Shown here piece by piece: positions 42,547 to 52,551 of a stretch of 64,000 nucleotides of DNA. The translations under genes were made by a program, and so were the position numbers. The stretch comes from an uncultured bacterium. GTDB lineage: Bacteria > Verrucomicrobiota > Lentisphaeria > Victivallales > UBA1829. The notes beneath the pieces are model-generated. The model did not search any database. It was not told where the DNA came from and saw only the letters and a list, made by a program, of their open reading frames with translations. Position 1 is the first letter of the stretch. Every line of letters begins with the position of its first letter. Location: positions 28,213 to 92,212 of the forward strand of contig CACWOL010000005.1 in NCBI GenBank assembly GCA_902762495.1, given 5' to 3'.

Positions 42547-43601
42547 AGGTCCGCAAATCCGTTTCCGGCGAGCCGCCAGACGACGCGGAGCGCGACGTCC
42601 GCGGCGGTCTTGATGCTCTCCGCCGAGATCTTGTCCATGGTGTCGGTTCCGGTGTGCCAGTAGCGGTTGTCCGGGCCGTAGTTGAAGTCGATCAGGTCGA
42701 CGGCTTTTTTCCCCGCCTGAAGGAACGGGTAGTGGTCGTCGAGCATATCGACCTCGCCGCGCGAGAACTTGTCGGCGTATCCGGCTGCGGCCGCCTCGGC
42801 CAACACGACGTCCGCGAGCGAGGGCGTGGAGTTGCCCGCCAGTTCGATATGCAGATCCTTGTCGCCGATCATGTCCAGCAGGATCATGGCGCGGCAGCGG
42901 AGTTTGGAGTAGTCCTGCTTCATCATGTCCACGTAGGCACGGCTGCCGACCAGGCCGTCGGTCTCCGTGTACTGGTATAGCGCCTCCTCGCCGTCGAAGA
43001 AGACGAGGCGGACGGTGCAGGGCGGAAGTTCCTTCTGCGCGTACTCCGTGATGGCGGCGGCCATCGCGAGAAGGGCGCCGACTCCGGACGCGCCGTCGTT
43101 GGCCCCGGCGAAGTCCGGCACGCTGAACAGGCGTTTGGTGTCATGGTGCGCGCCGACGATGACGAAGTTCGGTTCCTTGCCGGGGAAAATGATCTCGACG
43201 TTGTATTCACCGTGGGCGGACGGGGGGATGCGGACACGGCCAGCCTTTTCGAAGCCGGGAATCTTCTGCGCCTGTTCCACGATCCATTCCGCGGACTTTT
43301 TCGCGCCCTCGGTGCGGAATACCTTCGGTCCGAGGTCGTAGTTTTCCTGCGCGTATTTCAGGGCCAGCTCGCCGTCGATCACGGGAGGGGCGATCTTTTT
43401 TGAATTCAGGCTGGCGCAGGAGACCGGGCCGAGGATGAGGAACCGGAGCACAGCGCAGGAGATCAGGATCACGCCGAAGACCGAGGCCATGAATTTGAGC
43501 AGCCCGAAGAGGTATCGGTTGCCTTCTTCCTTGCTCACGCCCTCGGCGAAGAGATGGAATCCGCTCCGTTCTTTCTTCTCATATTGTTCGGGATCGTACA
43601 T
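42543..43601 (-). CDS. M28-family metallopeptidase / glutaminyl-cyclase-like protein, membrane anchored
   Basis: 352 aa. TM FMASVFGVILISCAVLRFLIL; metal-site blocks VGAHHDT, GANDGASGVGALL, FFDGEEA. Confidence 0.7.
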   Translation of the reverse strand: MYDPEQYEKKERSGFHLFAEGVSKEEGNRYLFGLLKFMASVFGVILISCAVLRFLILGPVSCASLNSKKIAPPVIDGELALKYAQENYDLGPKVFRTEGAKKSAEWIVEQAQKIPGFEKAGRVRIPPSAHGEYNVEIIFPGKEPNFVIVGAHHDTKRLFSVPDFAGANDGASGVGALLAMAAAITEYAQKELPPCTVRLVFFDGEEALYQYTETDGLVGSRAYVDMMKQDYSKLRCRAMILLDMIGDKDLHIELAGNSTPSLADVVLAEAAAAGYADKFSRGEVDMLDDHYPFLQAGKKAVDLIDFNYGPDNRYWHTGTDTMDKISAESIKTAADVALRVVWRLAGNGFADL

Positions 43602-43607
43602 GGCGGG

Positions 43608-44855
43608 TCAGTTTCCCTTGTCGATGCGGATGTTGCGGCGCTGGTAGGTCGGGATGTCGAGGTCTTCATCGCTGAATCGCACGGCGGGGAGCTTCTCGAA
43701 GATGCCCTTGTCGTAGCTTTGGAGGCCGAGCTCGACCTCCTCGACGTTGTTCGACGCGGCGGAGAAGGGCAGCGGGAGATCGTCGGATGCGGCGGGCGCG
43801 GCGGACGGAACTGGCGCTGGGGTGCGCCGGGGCAGGGGGGCGGGTTTGGATTCGGGGGCGTACTGGAAGATGACGGCGGTCATCTGGACGGAGCCCGCGG
43901 CCTCCTCGCAGACGTTCGCGCCGGAGAGGAGTTCGACATTTTTCGGCAGGACGCCCGCCGCGAGTTCGAGGGTGCGTTTCAGTTCGCCCAGCTCCAGGTC
44001 GGGTCCGCCGGTCAGCGTGACGATCGCGGCGTCGGCGCGCTTCATGGCGTCGTTGCCGCCGAGGAACGGCGAATCGAGCATGCGCGTAAGGGCGAGGGCG
44101 CAGCGGTCGAGGCCATCGGAATTCTCCGCGAACCCGACGCCGATGCCGCAGGAGGCGCGGCGCTTGTGGAGGGCGCTCATGAACGTGGCGAAATCGGTGC
44201 CGATGAGGTCGCGGCAGCGCAGGACCGAGGCGATCCCGACGACGGTCGACGCCATTTCGTACGCGGAGGTCGCGAACGCGTTTTCGGCGGGCGTGTCCGG
44301 CGGGAGCTTGCTGAAAAGCAGGTCGTTCGGCATCGTCAGGACCACGTCGGCGACCGGCAGGATCTCCTGCAGGCAGTCTTCGGCGTTCTTGCGGCGGGAA
44401 TGCGCCTCGAACGAGAACGGCGTGGTGAGCAGGAAGACGGTCGGGATGCCTTCCTCGCGGGCGACGCTGGCGAACGTGCGGACGCCGCCCGTGGCAGTGC
44501 CGCCGCCGAGTCCGCCGGCCACGATCATGAGGGAGAAGCCGCGGATATGTTCCTTCAGGTTGGCGCGTTCGTGGGAGATCGCGCGTTCGCCGCGGATGAT
44601 GTCGCCTCCGCATCCGGCGCAGGATTTCGAGTTCCAGTCCGCCGAGGCGTTGATGACGGCGTCGGCGTGCGTTCCCGCGAGGACGCCGCCGTCGGTGTCG
44701 ACCGCGAGCGTGACGAGCCATTTCGCGCGGGGGTTGGCGCGGAGGAAATCAAGGATGCGGATGCCGCAGCCGCCGAGCCCGACGACGAGCGCTTTTCCGT
44801 TGCCGATGGGAGCCCGGGAGAGGCCGGCGGGCGTGTTTGCGTTTTGTTCCATCAT
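43608..44855 (-). CDS. ftsZ: cell division GTPase FtsZ (divergent)
   Basis: 415 aa from ATG 44855, with an ATGA overlap with the ftsA stop. Has GLGGCG loop, tubulin signature GGLGGGTATGG, and C-terminal peptide DLDIPTYQRR. Confidence 0.85.
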   Translation of the reverse strand: MMEQNANTPAGLSRAPIGNGKALVVGLGGCGIRILDFLRANPRAKWLVTLAVDTDGGVLAGTHADAVINASADWNSKSCAGCGGDIIRGERAISHERANLKEHIRGFSLMIVAGGLGGGTATGGVRTFASVAREEGIPTVFLLTTPFSFEAHSRRKNAEDCLQEILPVADVVLTMPNDLLFSKLPPDTPAENAFATSAYEMASTVVGIASVLRCRDLIGTDFATFMSALHKRRASCGIGVGFAENSDGLDRCALALTRMLDSPFLGGNDAMKRADAAIVTLTGGPDLELGELKRTLELAAGVLPKNVELLSGANVCEEAAGSVQMTAVIFQYAPESKPAPLPRRTPAPVPSAAPAASDDLPLPFSAASNNVEEVELGLQSYDKGIFEKLPAVRFSDEDLDIPTYQRRNIRIDKGN

Positions 44856-46129
44856 ATTTTGAGTGCCTTTCCCAGGTTTTTCAGTCCCTGCAGGAACTGG
44901 TCGGTGGCGTGAACCATGGTGCGGCCGAGTCCGTTGCCGGAGGCGGGCGAATCCTCCTCCAGCGCGGCGGCGTGCTTCACGAGGCCGAGGATCGCGGAGT
45001 AGCACGGCATGGGGCTGCGGAACGCCGACAGCGCGCCGGTCACGTTCATGGCCTCGCCGCAGCGGACGGGGACGTTCATGACGTTCGCCATGGTGGCGGG
45101 CGCAGACTCGATCAGGGAGCCGCCGCCGGTCATGACGACGCCGTTGCGGAGGTAGGAGATCATACCGGTGCGTTCGAGTTCCTTTTTGAGGAGGTTGAAT
45201 ATCTCGCGCTGGCGCAGGTCGATGACTTTTTCGAAAGAGTCGAGCGGGATGCGGCGGATCTTCTCGGCGCCGCCGCTGGAGACCTTGTATTCGACGTAGT
45301 TCTTGCCCTCGCCGCGCAGCGTTTCCAGCTTCGATTCCCGCAGGAATTTCTGGCAGTATTCGTACGGCAGTTCCAGCGCCACGGCGAGGTCGTTCGCGAC
45401 GTTGTTCACGCCGACCGGGATCGACCCGCTCAGGAGGACGCCCTCCTTGTAGAGCAGCAGGTAGGAGCAGACGCCCGCGCCGTAGTCGAGGAGCAGCGTG
45501 CCCTGGTTCCGCTCGTCCTGCGTAAGCACGCCATAGGCGTCGGCGAACGGGACGAAGATCGGGTAGCCGGACTCGAAGCCGAGCTCGCGGAGGATGGTCT
45601 GCACCATGTCGATGCGCTTCTTGTCCGCGAAGACGATGTGGATGACGGCGGTGAGCTTTTCCGCGAGACAGCCGATGGGGTTGAACGTGCGTTTCGTGCC
45701 GTCGAGCAGGAACGACGAGTCATAGACCTGGATGTTCACGAGGTCGGTCGAGACCGCCAGGTTCTTCGCGCTTTCGATCGCTTTCTGAACGTGGGATGCC
45801 GTGATCTTCTTGTCTTCGTTGTAGTTCAGTACGGTCCCCTCGCCGAAACGGGCGCTGACGTGCATGCCGTTGATCAGGAAATAGACGCTCTGTTCGGAAC
45901 GGCTGAACCTGCCGAGCCCCTTTTCCGATTCGTCGAGCACGGATTTGAGGATGTTGAGGGCGGCGTTCTGGTCGACGACCGTGCCCTTGACGACGGAGTT
46001 TCTGCTGGGCTGCGAGGCGAAGGAAAGCACCTCGATGTTCCCGTTCTGGTCCGGCCTGCCGTGAATGACGCAGATCTTGTCCGTGCCGAATTCGATGCCG
46101 GTTATGATGGTTTGTCCTGAAGAAGCCAT
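44852..46129 (-). CDS. ftsA: cell division protein FtsA (actin-like ATPase)
   Basis: 425 aa. Contains ITGIEFGTDKICVI, LLLDYGAGVCSY, VVMTGGGSLI. Confidence 0.85.
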   Translation of the reverse strand: MASSGQTIITGIEFGTDKICVIHGRPDQNGNIEVLSFASQPSRNSVVKGTVVDQNAALNILKSVLDESEKGLGRFSRSEQSVYFLINGMHVSARFGEGTVLNYNEDKKITASHVQKAIESAKNLAVSTDLVNIQVYDSSFLLDGTKRTFNPIGCLAEKLTAVIHIVFADKKRIDMVQTILRELGFESGYPIFVPFADAYGVLTQDERNQGTLLLDYGAGVCSYLLLYKEGVLLSGSIPVGVNNVANDLAVALELPYEYCQKFLRESKLETLRGEGKNYVEYKVSSGGAEKIRRIPLDSFEKVIDLRQREIFNLLKKELERTGMISYLRNGVVMTGGGSLIESAPATMANVMNVPVRCGEAMNVTGALSAFRSPMPCYSAILGLVKHAAALEEDSPASGNGLGRTMVHATDQFLQGLKNLGKALKI

Positions 46130-46282
46130 TTCGATCCCTTCTGCTGCATGCGAGCCGTTATGCTGGCGGAGTTGTCATAAAACATTACCACACTTTTTAA
46201 AAAAATCGAATGGATTTGACAAAAAAACAAATGTTTTTTTGAAGAAAAACGAAAAAAACGGCAGGAAAACGGCTGAACAGGG

Positions 46283-46852
46283 TCAGACGAGGCCGAAAAG
46301 CCGGAGAAGCGCGTCGAAGCGCTCCACCGTGTCCGTGCCGAATTTCTCCAGCGAACGTCGGACGATGGAGACCGGTTTGTCCTTCATGTCGCCGGATTTC
46401 GAGAAGAACTTGTCCGCCAGACAGATGAGCTTTTCTTCAGGCGTCTCCGGCAGGTAATCGCGTTCGGGGATCGGCAGGCCCTGTTCGCGGACCTCCTGCA
46501 CCGTGATGCCTGTTCCCGTATGGCGTTCGCAGATGCGCGCGAACGGCTCCAGGTCGAGCCCGTGCGTGCGACCGTAGTCGCGGAGCATTTCCGCGCCGAT
46601 GATGCCGTGCGCGATGTATGGGCGCGTACCGACGCAGAGGATGGACGGCGCGTGACAATGCAGAATGCCGACGTCGTGGAGCATGGCGCCCGCGGAAACG
46701 AGTTTGGCGTCGAGCTCAAGCGGCGGACGCGACGGATTCGCGAGGATGGCGAGCGCCTTGTCGCGGACCTGCGTGCTGTGGCGCAGGAGAAGCCGCCTGA
46801 GCGGGGTGTCCTCCGGGTAGAAATGCGCGATGATGACGTCCGGGTCGATCAT
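46283..46852 (-). CDS. HD-domain phosphohydrolase
   Basis: 189 aa. Contains GAMLHDVGILH and ICERHTGTGI. Confidence 0.7.
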   Translation of the reverse strand: MIDPDVIIAHFYPEDTPLRRLLLRHSTQVRDKALAILANPSRPPLELDAKLVSAGAMLHDVGILHCHAPSILCVGTRPYIAHGIIGAEMLRDYGRTHGLDLEPFARICERHTGTGITVQEVREQGLPIPERDYLPETPEEKLICLADKFFSKSGDMKDKPVSIVRRSLEKFGTDTVERFDALLRLFGLV

Positions 46853-46907
46853 GGATGTGCCGGGGTGGATGGAGTGAACAGGAAACGGGGCGCGAAACCG
46901 GAACGGA

Positions 46908-47522
46908 TCACTTCGTTTCCGGAGCGGCTTTCGCCTTGTCGGCGCGTTTCTTGAGTTCGTCTTTCAGGATGTATACGACATGGTCGGCGAACTTCGCCGC
47001 GGCCTTGGTCATGCCGTCCGCGAACGCCTCCGCGGAGATCCCGTCAACGGGGATGCTGTAGTTCTCCGTGCCGGTAATCTTGAAGTCATTGTCGCCATGT
47101 TCGAGGATGAAGAAACGCACCAGCAGGTCGACCTGCTTCTTTTCCTTGTTCAGTTCGCAGTTCAACACCGAGCCGTCGAGCTCGAATCCCGGTCTTCCGT
47201 CGCGTCCGTAATGGCCGGACGGCGCGGCGAACCTGGCGGAGAGGTACTTGGTGAGCATGGCTCCGGGAGGCATCGCCCAGCGGTTGTATTCGTCGACATC
47301 GATTCGGTTCGAAGCCTCGCGGAAGACCATTTTGTACCGGCCTGCGCATTCGCTGGAGAAGGCGTCGACGTCGACGGTGAACGGAATTTCACCGATCGAC
47401 GGGGGCGAGGTGAGGTCAAAAGTCCTGGGGTCCGTGATTTCGGCCTGCGGAATGACGCTGAAGCTGCATGCCGCGAGGAGCGGGAGCAGCGCGGCCGCGC
47501 ACCAGAGCTGGAAACGTTTCAT
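46908..47522 (-). CDS. lipoprotein, PqiC/YmbA-like (ABC-type transport auxiliary component, DUF330-like)
   Basis: 204 aa from ATG 47522 with GGAG upstream. Lipobox LLAACS. Contains YNRWAMPPGAMLTKYLSARF. Confidence 0.5.
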   Translation of the reverse strand: MKRFQLWCAAALLPLLAACSFSVIPQAEITDPRTFDLTSPPSIGEIPFTVDVDAFSSECAGRYKMVFREASNRIDVDEYNRWAMPPGAMLTKYLSARFAAPSGHYGRDGRPGFELDGSVLNCELNKEKKQVDLLVRFFILEHGDNDFKITGTENYSIPVDGISAEAFADGMTKAAAKFADHVVYILKDELKKRADKAKAAPETK

Positions 47523-47551
47523 GAGGCGGTGTCTCCTCGAAATGGAAGGGA

Positions 47552-48412
47552 TTACTGCTTGGCGGGGGCGGGCGGGATGACGAGCTTCTGCCCGATCTTC
47601 AGGATGCCGCGTTCGCCGAGCGTTTCCTTGTTGGCGTCCTGAATGATCTTCCACATGGAGGCCTTGCCGTACATCTTCTGCGCGATTGCCTGAAGTCCGT
47701 CGCCCTTCGCCACGTAGTAGTAACGCACGCCGTTCTCGCCGGCGACCGTGGTGCCCGGGGTGCCGGTCGTGGAGGACGGGATGCTGCCCGCTGCGGTCGC
47801 TGTCGAGGTGGTGGTTTTAGGTTGTTCCTCGAATGCACGCCCGCCCGATTTGGAACCCGCCGAGACCGTGCCGGCGCGGGCGAGGCGGTCGCGGAGCTCC
47901 TGGTTCTGCGCCAGGATGACCTTCTCGTTTTCGATGTATTTCTGGATCTTTTCGCGGAGCGCGGCGTTCTCAGCGTTCTTCGCGGCGAGCTTGGCGGGAT
48001 CGGCCTGCGGTGCGTCGTCGGCGAGCTTGATGTCATTGCGGACGCGGTAGGATTCGAACATCATGCGTTCGCAGTCCTGGATGTAGCCGCGGATGGCCGC
48101 CTGATCCTGCTTGGAGAGCGTTTCCCCACTGAGCTCGAGATACTTCAGCAGGTGGTAGATGGCGGCGGGATAGTTTTCGAGGTTTTCCTTGTAGAGGATC
48201 GCCGCATCGTAATGCGCCTTCGGGGACTTCGGGCAGATCGTGAGGAATTCCTCCAGGCTGTCGGCTGCTTCGCGGTAGGATTTCGCGGACTTGGCGGTCG
48301 TGTATTTCGCGTACAGCGGGTGCGTGGCTTCCTTGCCGACATAGTCGGAGCACGCGGTGAAAACGATGCAGGCGGCGAGCGCTGCGGCGGGGAGGAAACG
48401 AACGGCCTTCAT
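47552..48412 (-). CDS. lipoprotein with TPR-like N-region, coiled coil and C-terminal LysM domain
   Basis: 286 aa from ATG 48412 with AGGAG upstream. Lipobox VFTACS. LysM domain YYYVAKGDGLQAIAQKMYGKASMWKIIQDANKE..LKIGQKLVIP. Confidence 0.7.
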   Translation of the reverse strand: MKAVRFLPAAALAACIVFTACSDYVGKEATHPLYAKYTTAKSAKSYREAADSLEEFLTICPKSPKAHYDAAILYKENLENYPAAIYHLLKYLELSGETLSKQDQAAIRGYIQDCERMMFESYRVRNDIKLADDAPQADPAKLAAKNAENAALREKIQKYIENEKVILAQNQELRDRLARAGTVSAGSKSGGRAFEEQPKTTTSTATAAGSIPSSTTGTPGTTVAGENGVRYYYVAKGDGLQAIAQKMYGKASMWKIIQDANKETLGERGILKIGQKLVIPPAPAKQ

Positions 48413-48529
48413 ATTCGAGGACTCCTTTCGGGAAAAACGTTGAAAATAACATGTACCATTAAAATATAGCAAAGGAATGCGAAAAAGAAAACCGAAAAAC
48501 GAAAAAAAACGGAAAAAAGTCGTTCCGCC

Positions 48530-48558
48530 TTGTTTTTTCGTCTGTTCCGGAGTAAATT
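48530..48558 (+). promoter_or_regulatory. possible sigma70-type promoter
   Basis: TTGTTT (48530-48535), 17 nt, TAAATT (48553-48558), 60 nt upstream of the ATG at 48619. Confidence 0.35.
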
Positions 48559-48618
48559 ATACGCTCCGTTTTTCGAAATGCGAAACCGTTTGCAAGTTGT
48601 TCCGGAGGTATCCATACG

Positions 48619-49776
48619 ATGAACGCCGTTTCAAAGAAACTCCGCCCCGTGCGGTTCCTGTTTGCGCTTCTGATCTGTGCCGCGCTGTTTGCGCTTGCGT
48701 CCTGCTCGTTCTTCCGTGCGGACGAACCTGAAACGTCTGTCGAGGCGGAAGATAAGACGGAAACGGCCGCCGCGGAGCCGGCGAAAACGGCGGTCGAGAT
48801 CAACGCGCCGCTGGTCATCCCGCCGCCGCCCGACTACGCCAACCCCGCCAGCTGGGTGCGGATGGGCGAAACGGATTCCATCCTGCCCGAATTTGAGATA
48901 TTCTACATCTATCCGACGCTCTTCCAGAACAAACGGCGCCCGGTGATGGACCACAGGTTCGAACGCATCCGCACGAAGGCCTCGGACTACATAGGCCTCA
49001 CGTTCGGGCTCCTCGCCGACCCCGTGCATCCGCTGAAGCTGTATGCGCCGTTCGTGCGGCAGGCGGACTACTCGACCTCGCTGGAAACGGATTTCGGCGC
49101 CGACCTGAGCGGCACGCTCTTTCAGTACGGTATTGAGGACACGAAGACCGCGTTTGCATATTTCATGAAGTTCTTCCACACGCCCGGCATGCCGTTCATC
49201 CTGATCGGACACAGCCAGGGCGCGTCCGACCTGTACGAACTCCTCCGCGCCACGCCGGAGATCACGCCGGAATCCGGGTTCGCCGCCGCCTATCTGGCCG
49301 GGCTTCCGAAGAAGACCGCCGCCGAGATCGAACGGGATTTCGCGGGCCGGAGGATCCGCCTCGGAAAAGGCGCGGACGATACGGGCGTGATCCTGACATG
49401 GAACACGATCACGGAGGACGCCGGAGAGAACATGCTCACCGTGCCGGGCGGGGCCGTCGTCAATCCGGTGAACTGGAAAACGGATGACACGCCCGCGGAC
49501 CTGTCGGGATCGCAGGAGACGGCGTATTATTATGTGTCCGAGAAGGAGCCCGCGGGCACGTTCAAAGCCTCTCTGCTTGACGGTACTCATGCCGATCCCG
49601 AACGAGGCGCATTGATCGTGAACTTGCCGGGGGACAGCCAGTACGACGCGAGCGCGCAGATGGGCGAGGGGATCTTCCACGCCAACGATATCTTCTTCTT
49701 CGCCTCGTTCCTGCGCGACAACATGGTGCGCCGCGCCTCGGCCTGGCGCGCAAAATACGCCCGGCCGGAGGAATAA
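48619..49776 (+). CDS. lipoprotein, DUF3089-type alpha/beta hydrolase
   Basis: 385 aa with a GGAGG RBS. Lipobox ALASCS. Nucleophile elbow ILIGHSQGA. Confidence 0.65.
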   Translation: MNAVSKKLRPVRFLFALLICAALFALASCSFFRADEPETSVEAEDKTETAAAEPAKTAVEINAPLVIPPPPDYANPASWVRMGETDSILPEFEIFYIYPTLFQNKRRPVMDHRFERIRTKASDYIGLTFGLLADPVHPLKLYAPFVRQADYSTSLETDFGADLSGTLFQYGIEDTKTAFAYFMKFFHTPGMPFILIGHSQGASDLYELLRATPEITPESGFAAAYLAGLPKKTAAEIERDFAGRRIRLGKGADDTGVILTWNTITEDAGENMLTVPGGAVVNPVNWKTDDTPADLSGSQETAYYYVSEKEPAGTFKASLLDGTHADPERGALIVNLPGDSQYDASAQMGEGIFHANDIFFFASFLRDNMVRRASAWRAKYARPEE

Positions 49777-49799
49777 GCCTTTTTGAAGCGGAACGCGCC

Positions 49800-50411
49800 T
49801 CAGACGTAGGGATTGTTTTTCTTCTCGTACCCGATGGACGTGAATGGGCCGTGACCGGGGACGACGCGCGTGCCGTCGGGCAGGTTGAACAGCTGCTTGT
49901 GAACCGAGTCCAGGAGCTGTTTTTCGCTGCCGCCGGGCAGGTCGGTCCTGCCGATGGAGGTGAAGAAGAGCGTGTCGCCGGAAAAGACGGTGTCGAGCTC
50001 GGGGAAATAGTATGCTGCGCCGCCGGGCGAATGTCCGGGGCAGGGGAGGACCAGCATCCGCGGGTCTTCGGGCGGCCAGGTTGTGTCGGGGAGGTCTTCG
50101 GCGGCGGGGATGTAGTTTCCGACGGTGTTGCCGGGGCTGTAGTAGATGGGCTTGTCGGCGGGATTGAGGTAGACCTTCGCGATGTGCAGGGCGTTCGCGA
50201 CGGCTCCCGCGGCGGAGATGTGGTCGACGTGGGCGTGCGTGAACAGGATGACCGCCTCGTCATAGTCGAACGATTTCGCCTCGGATTCGATGAGCTTCCA
50301 GTCGCCGCCGGGGTCGATGACGTACAGCGTGCGCGAGTCAGGCAGCTGAACGAGGCAGCAGTTGACCTCCAGCAGACCGACGGTAACGGTTTTGAACGGG
50401 AATTCAGGCAT
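49800..50411 (-). CDS. MBL-fold metallo-hydrolase (glyoxalase II-like)
   Basis: 203 aa. HxHxDH motif FTHAHVDHI and later PCPGHSPG. Confidence 0.8.
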   Translation of the reverse strand: MPEFPFKTVTVGLLEVNCCLVQLPDSRTLYVIDPGGDWKLIESEAKSFDYDEAVILFTHAHVDHISAAGAVANALHIAKVYLNPADKPIYYSPGNTVGNYIPAAEDLPDTTWPPEDPRMLVLPCPGHSPGGAAYYFPELDTVFSGDTLFFTSIGRTDLPGGSEKQLLDSVHKQLFNLPDGTRVVPGHGPFTSIGYEKKNNPYV

Positions 50412-50469
50412 GATGCGATGCTCCTTTTGTCTTGATATCCTGTGAACCTGAGGGAAGAGGCGCGTCCGC

Positions 50470-52545
50470 TCAGTGCAGACTGGACGGGCCTCCGTTCGAG
50501 AAATTGGTGCCCTGCCAGCCGCCTCCGCCCCCGTTTCCGCCGCTGCGGCCGGAGCAGTAGTATTCGCGGTTGGTGTAGAGCGGATGGCGGTCGCCGTGCT
50601 CGTCCTTCGTCCAGACCGCCGTCGCGTCCAGCCAGTCGAGCCCGGCCTGACGGAATTCCGGATTGCTGAGCACGGCGAGCGCGCTCACATATTTCGAGAA
50701 ATAGCCGAGATGGCCCGGATAACGCTCCATGGCGCGGCTCCAGGCCTCTTCGATGGAAGGGCTGCCGGAGAGGAGCGGGACGAATTCGGTGAGGTAGTAC
50801 AGCCAGTCGATGTCCGACATGGACATGCCCTCGACCGGCTCCAGCGCGATCGGGACGAGCGCGGTTTCGGTGAAGACGGGCAGGATCATGCGGCCGGCCT
50901 CGAACGGGCGGAAATACTGTCCGTCCTCCGTCTTGATCCTGCCGATCGGCTTTGCCTCGGCGTTCGTTTCGATCCTGTTGACGGAGTTCATGTTGTTCAG
51001 CCGGTAAAGCGCGTTGGAAACGCGTTGCGCCTCGCCGTTGGTCTGCGCCGAGGAGAAGACCTGTCCGACGTCGGGCGCGCGGTAGCCGCGCCGCGGGCGC
51101 CCCATGGATCCGGAGACGGTCACGGTGTCCTGTTCCACCTCGAAATAGGCGAGCGCGCCGGACCGGTAGTCCATGCCCGGCTTGAAGTGTCCGCGCAGAT
51201 ATTGCTCCCATTCCTGTTTGTCGTCGCCGTAGGAGCCCCATTCCTCGTCGAAGACGGCCCAGGAAAGGTGCGGCAGGAGGTCGTAGCGGCGGTCTGCGTC
51301 CTCGTCGTTGTAGGTCTCCTCGAAGAGCGCGGGGTTGACGGAGATCGTGATGTTGGTGTACGTGTGGTAAGTGTGCGTGTTGCCGGCGTGTTCCTCGCTG
51401 GTCTCCACGTCGTCGCTCACGGAATACTCGTAGGGGATTTCGCGGTTGAAGATGTCGTCGAAGAGTTTCCGGCCGCCTTTTGCGTAGCGGTCGAGCGCGC
51501 CGGCATTGTCCGCGTCGCCGTAGGTCCCGGCCGAATCGGAGAAGTCGATGTGCAGGGGGAGTATCTCGGACTGTCCGGGGAAATCGTCCTCGAACTCGCA
51601 TTCGAAATCGCCCCACCAGTTGCCGTTGAAGTCCAGGCGCAGGAGACGGTCGAGTCCGCACCAGTCGCGGGCGTGGATCATGTCATAGATATGCTTTTCT
51701 CCGAGGTAGTTCGCAAGATCGCCCGGGGGATTGGTCGTGAGGTGGGGCATGCCCACGAATTTGAACTTTGTCCCGACGGCGATGCCGTATGCGCGGTTTT
51801 CGGTTTCCCCGGTGAAATCGTTGCGCTGCGCGGAATAATCGAGGATGGAATCGAGCATGGAGATGTACGGCATGCGCCAGGCGTAGTCCTTCACGAAGAC
51901 GGGAGCGAGGCGTTCGTAGACGCCTCCGTTTCCGACGAGGTTCAGGTATTTGATGTAGAAATCGCTGGAATCCGGATCGTAGGAGATGCCGTTGTTCTTC
52001 GCGGCCTGCTGCGCCGCGCCGAATCCGATCAGCGGGCCGGCGAACGAGATGCGGGTCTGGAGCTGGGAGACGAGGTCGTCGAGGGCGTCGAGATAGCGCT
52101 TTTCCTTCTCCACGCGCAGGACCTCCTCCATGAGCTTCTCCACGTTCAGGGAGCCGTCCCCGTTGTAGAACTCTGCCTTTTCCGGGAACTTCGTGTATTC
52201 CTCCGGGGTGAGCGGCTGGGGAAGGTCGGCGAAGAATTCCGCCGCGTTCGAGTTCGGGTTGTCCAGGATGCCCTTCGCAAAGAACGGGTCGGAAATCAGC
52301 GTGCCGGTCGCGCGCACCAGGTTCAGCTCGCCGATCAGGTTCAGGGAATGCTTCTGCCATTCGGCGGCAGTGAGCGCTGCGGCGTCCACGCCGTTCTGCG
52401 CCTTCACTTTGCCCCGGATTACGGTCTGGACGTCGAACAGCAGCAGGACGGCGATGATGACGAGGATGAGCGCGACGACCGCCAGGATGAGCACCTGGCC
52501 GTGCTCGCCCCGTCTGCGCCTCAATGCCGTCAGGTCCCGTTTCAT
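50470..52545 (-). CDS. TadG-like (Tad_N) pilus-assembly/pseudopilin-like large protein
   Basis: 691 aa. N-terminus RRRRGEHGQVLILAVVALILVIIAVLLLFDVQ..NGVDAAALTAAEW. C-terminal G-rich end GRSGGNGGGGGWQG. Confidence 0.65.
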   Translation of the reverse strand: MKRDLTALRRRRGEHGQVLILAVVALILVIIAVLLLFDVQTVIRGKVKAQNGVDAAALTAAEWQKHSLNLIGELNLVRATGTLISDPFFAKGILDNPNSNAAEFFADLPQPLTPEEYTKFPEKAEFYNGDGSLNVEKLMEEVLRVEKEKRYLDALDDLVSQLQTRISFAGPLIGFGAAQQAAKNNGISYDPDSSDFYIKYLNLVGNGGVYERLAPVFVKDYAWRMPYISMLDSILDYSAQRNDFTGETENRAYGIAVGTKFKFVGMPHLTTNPPGDLANYLGEKHIYDMIHARDWCGLDRLLRLDFNGNWWGDFECEFEDDFPGQSEILPLHIDFSDSAGTYGDADNAGALDRYAKGGRKLFDDIFNREIPYEYSVSDDVETSEEHAGNTHTYHTYTNITISVNPALFEETYNDEDADRRYDLLPHLSWAVFDEEWGSYGDDKQEWEQYLRGHFKPGMDYRSGALAYFEVEQDTVTVSGSMGRPRRGYRAPDVGQVFSSAQTNGEAQRVSNALYRLNNMNSVNRIETNAEAKPIGRIKTEDGQYFRPFEAGRMILPVFTETALVPIALEPVEGMSMSDIDWLYYLTEFVPLLSGSPSIEEAWSRAMERYPGHLGYFSKYVSALAVLSNPEFRQAGLDWLDATAVWTKDEHGDRHPLYTNREYYCSGRSGGNGGGGGWQGTNFSNGGPSSLH

Positions 52546-52551
52546 GCGCCG

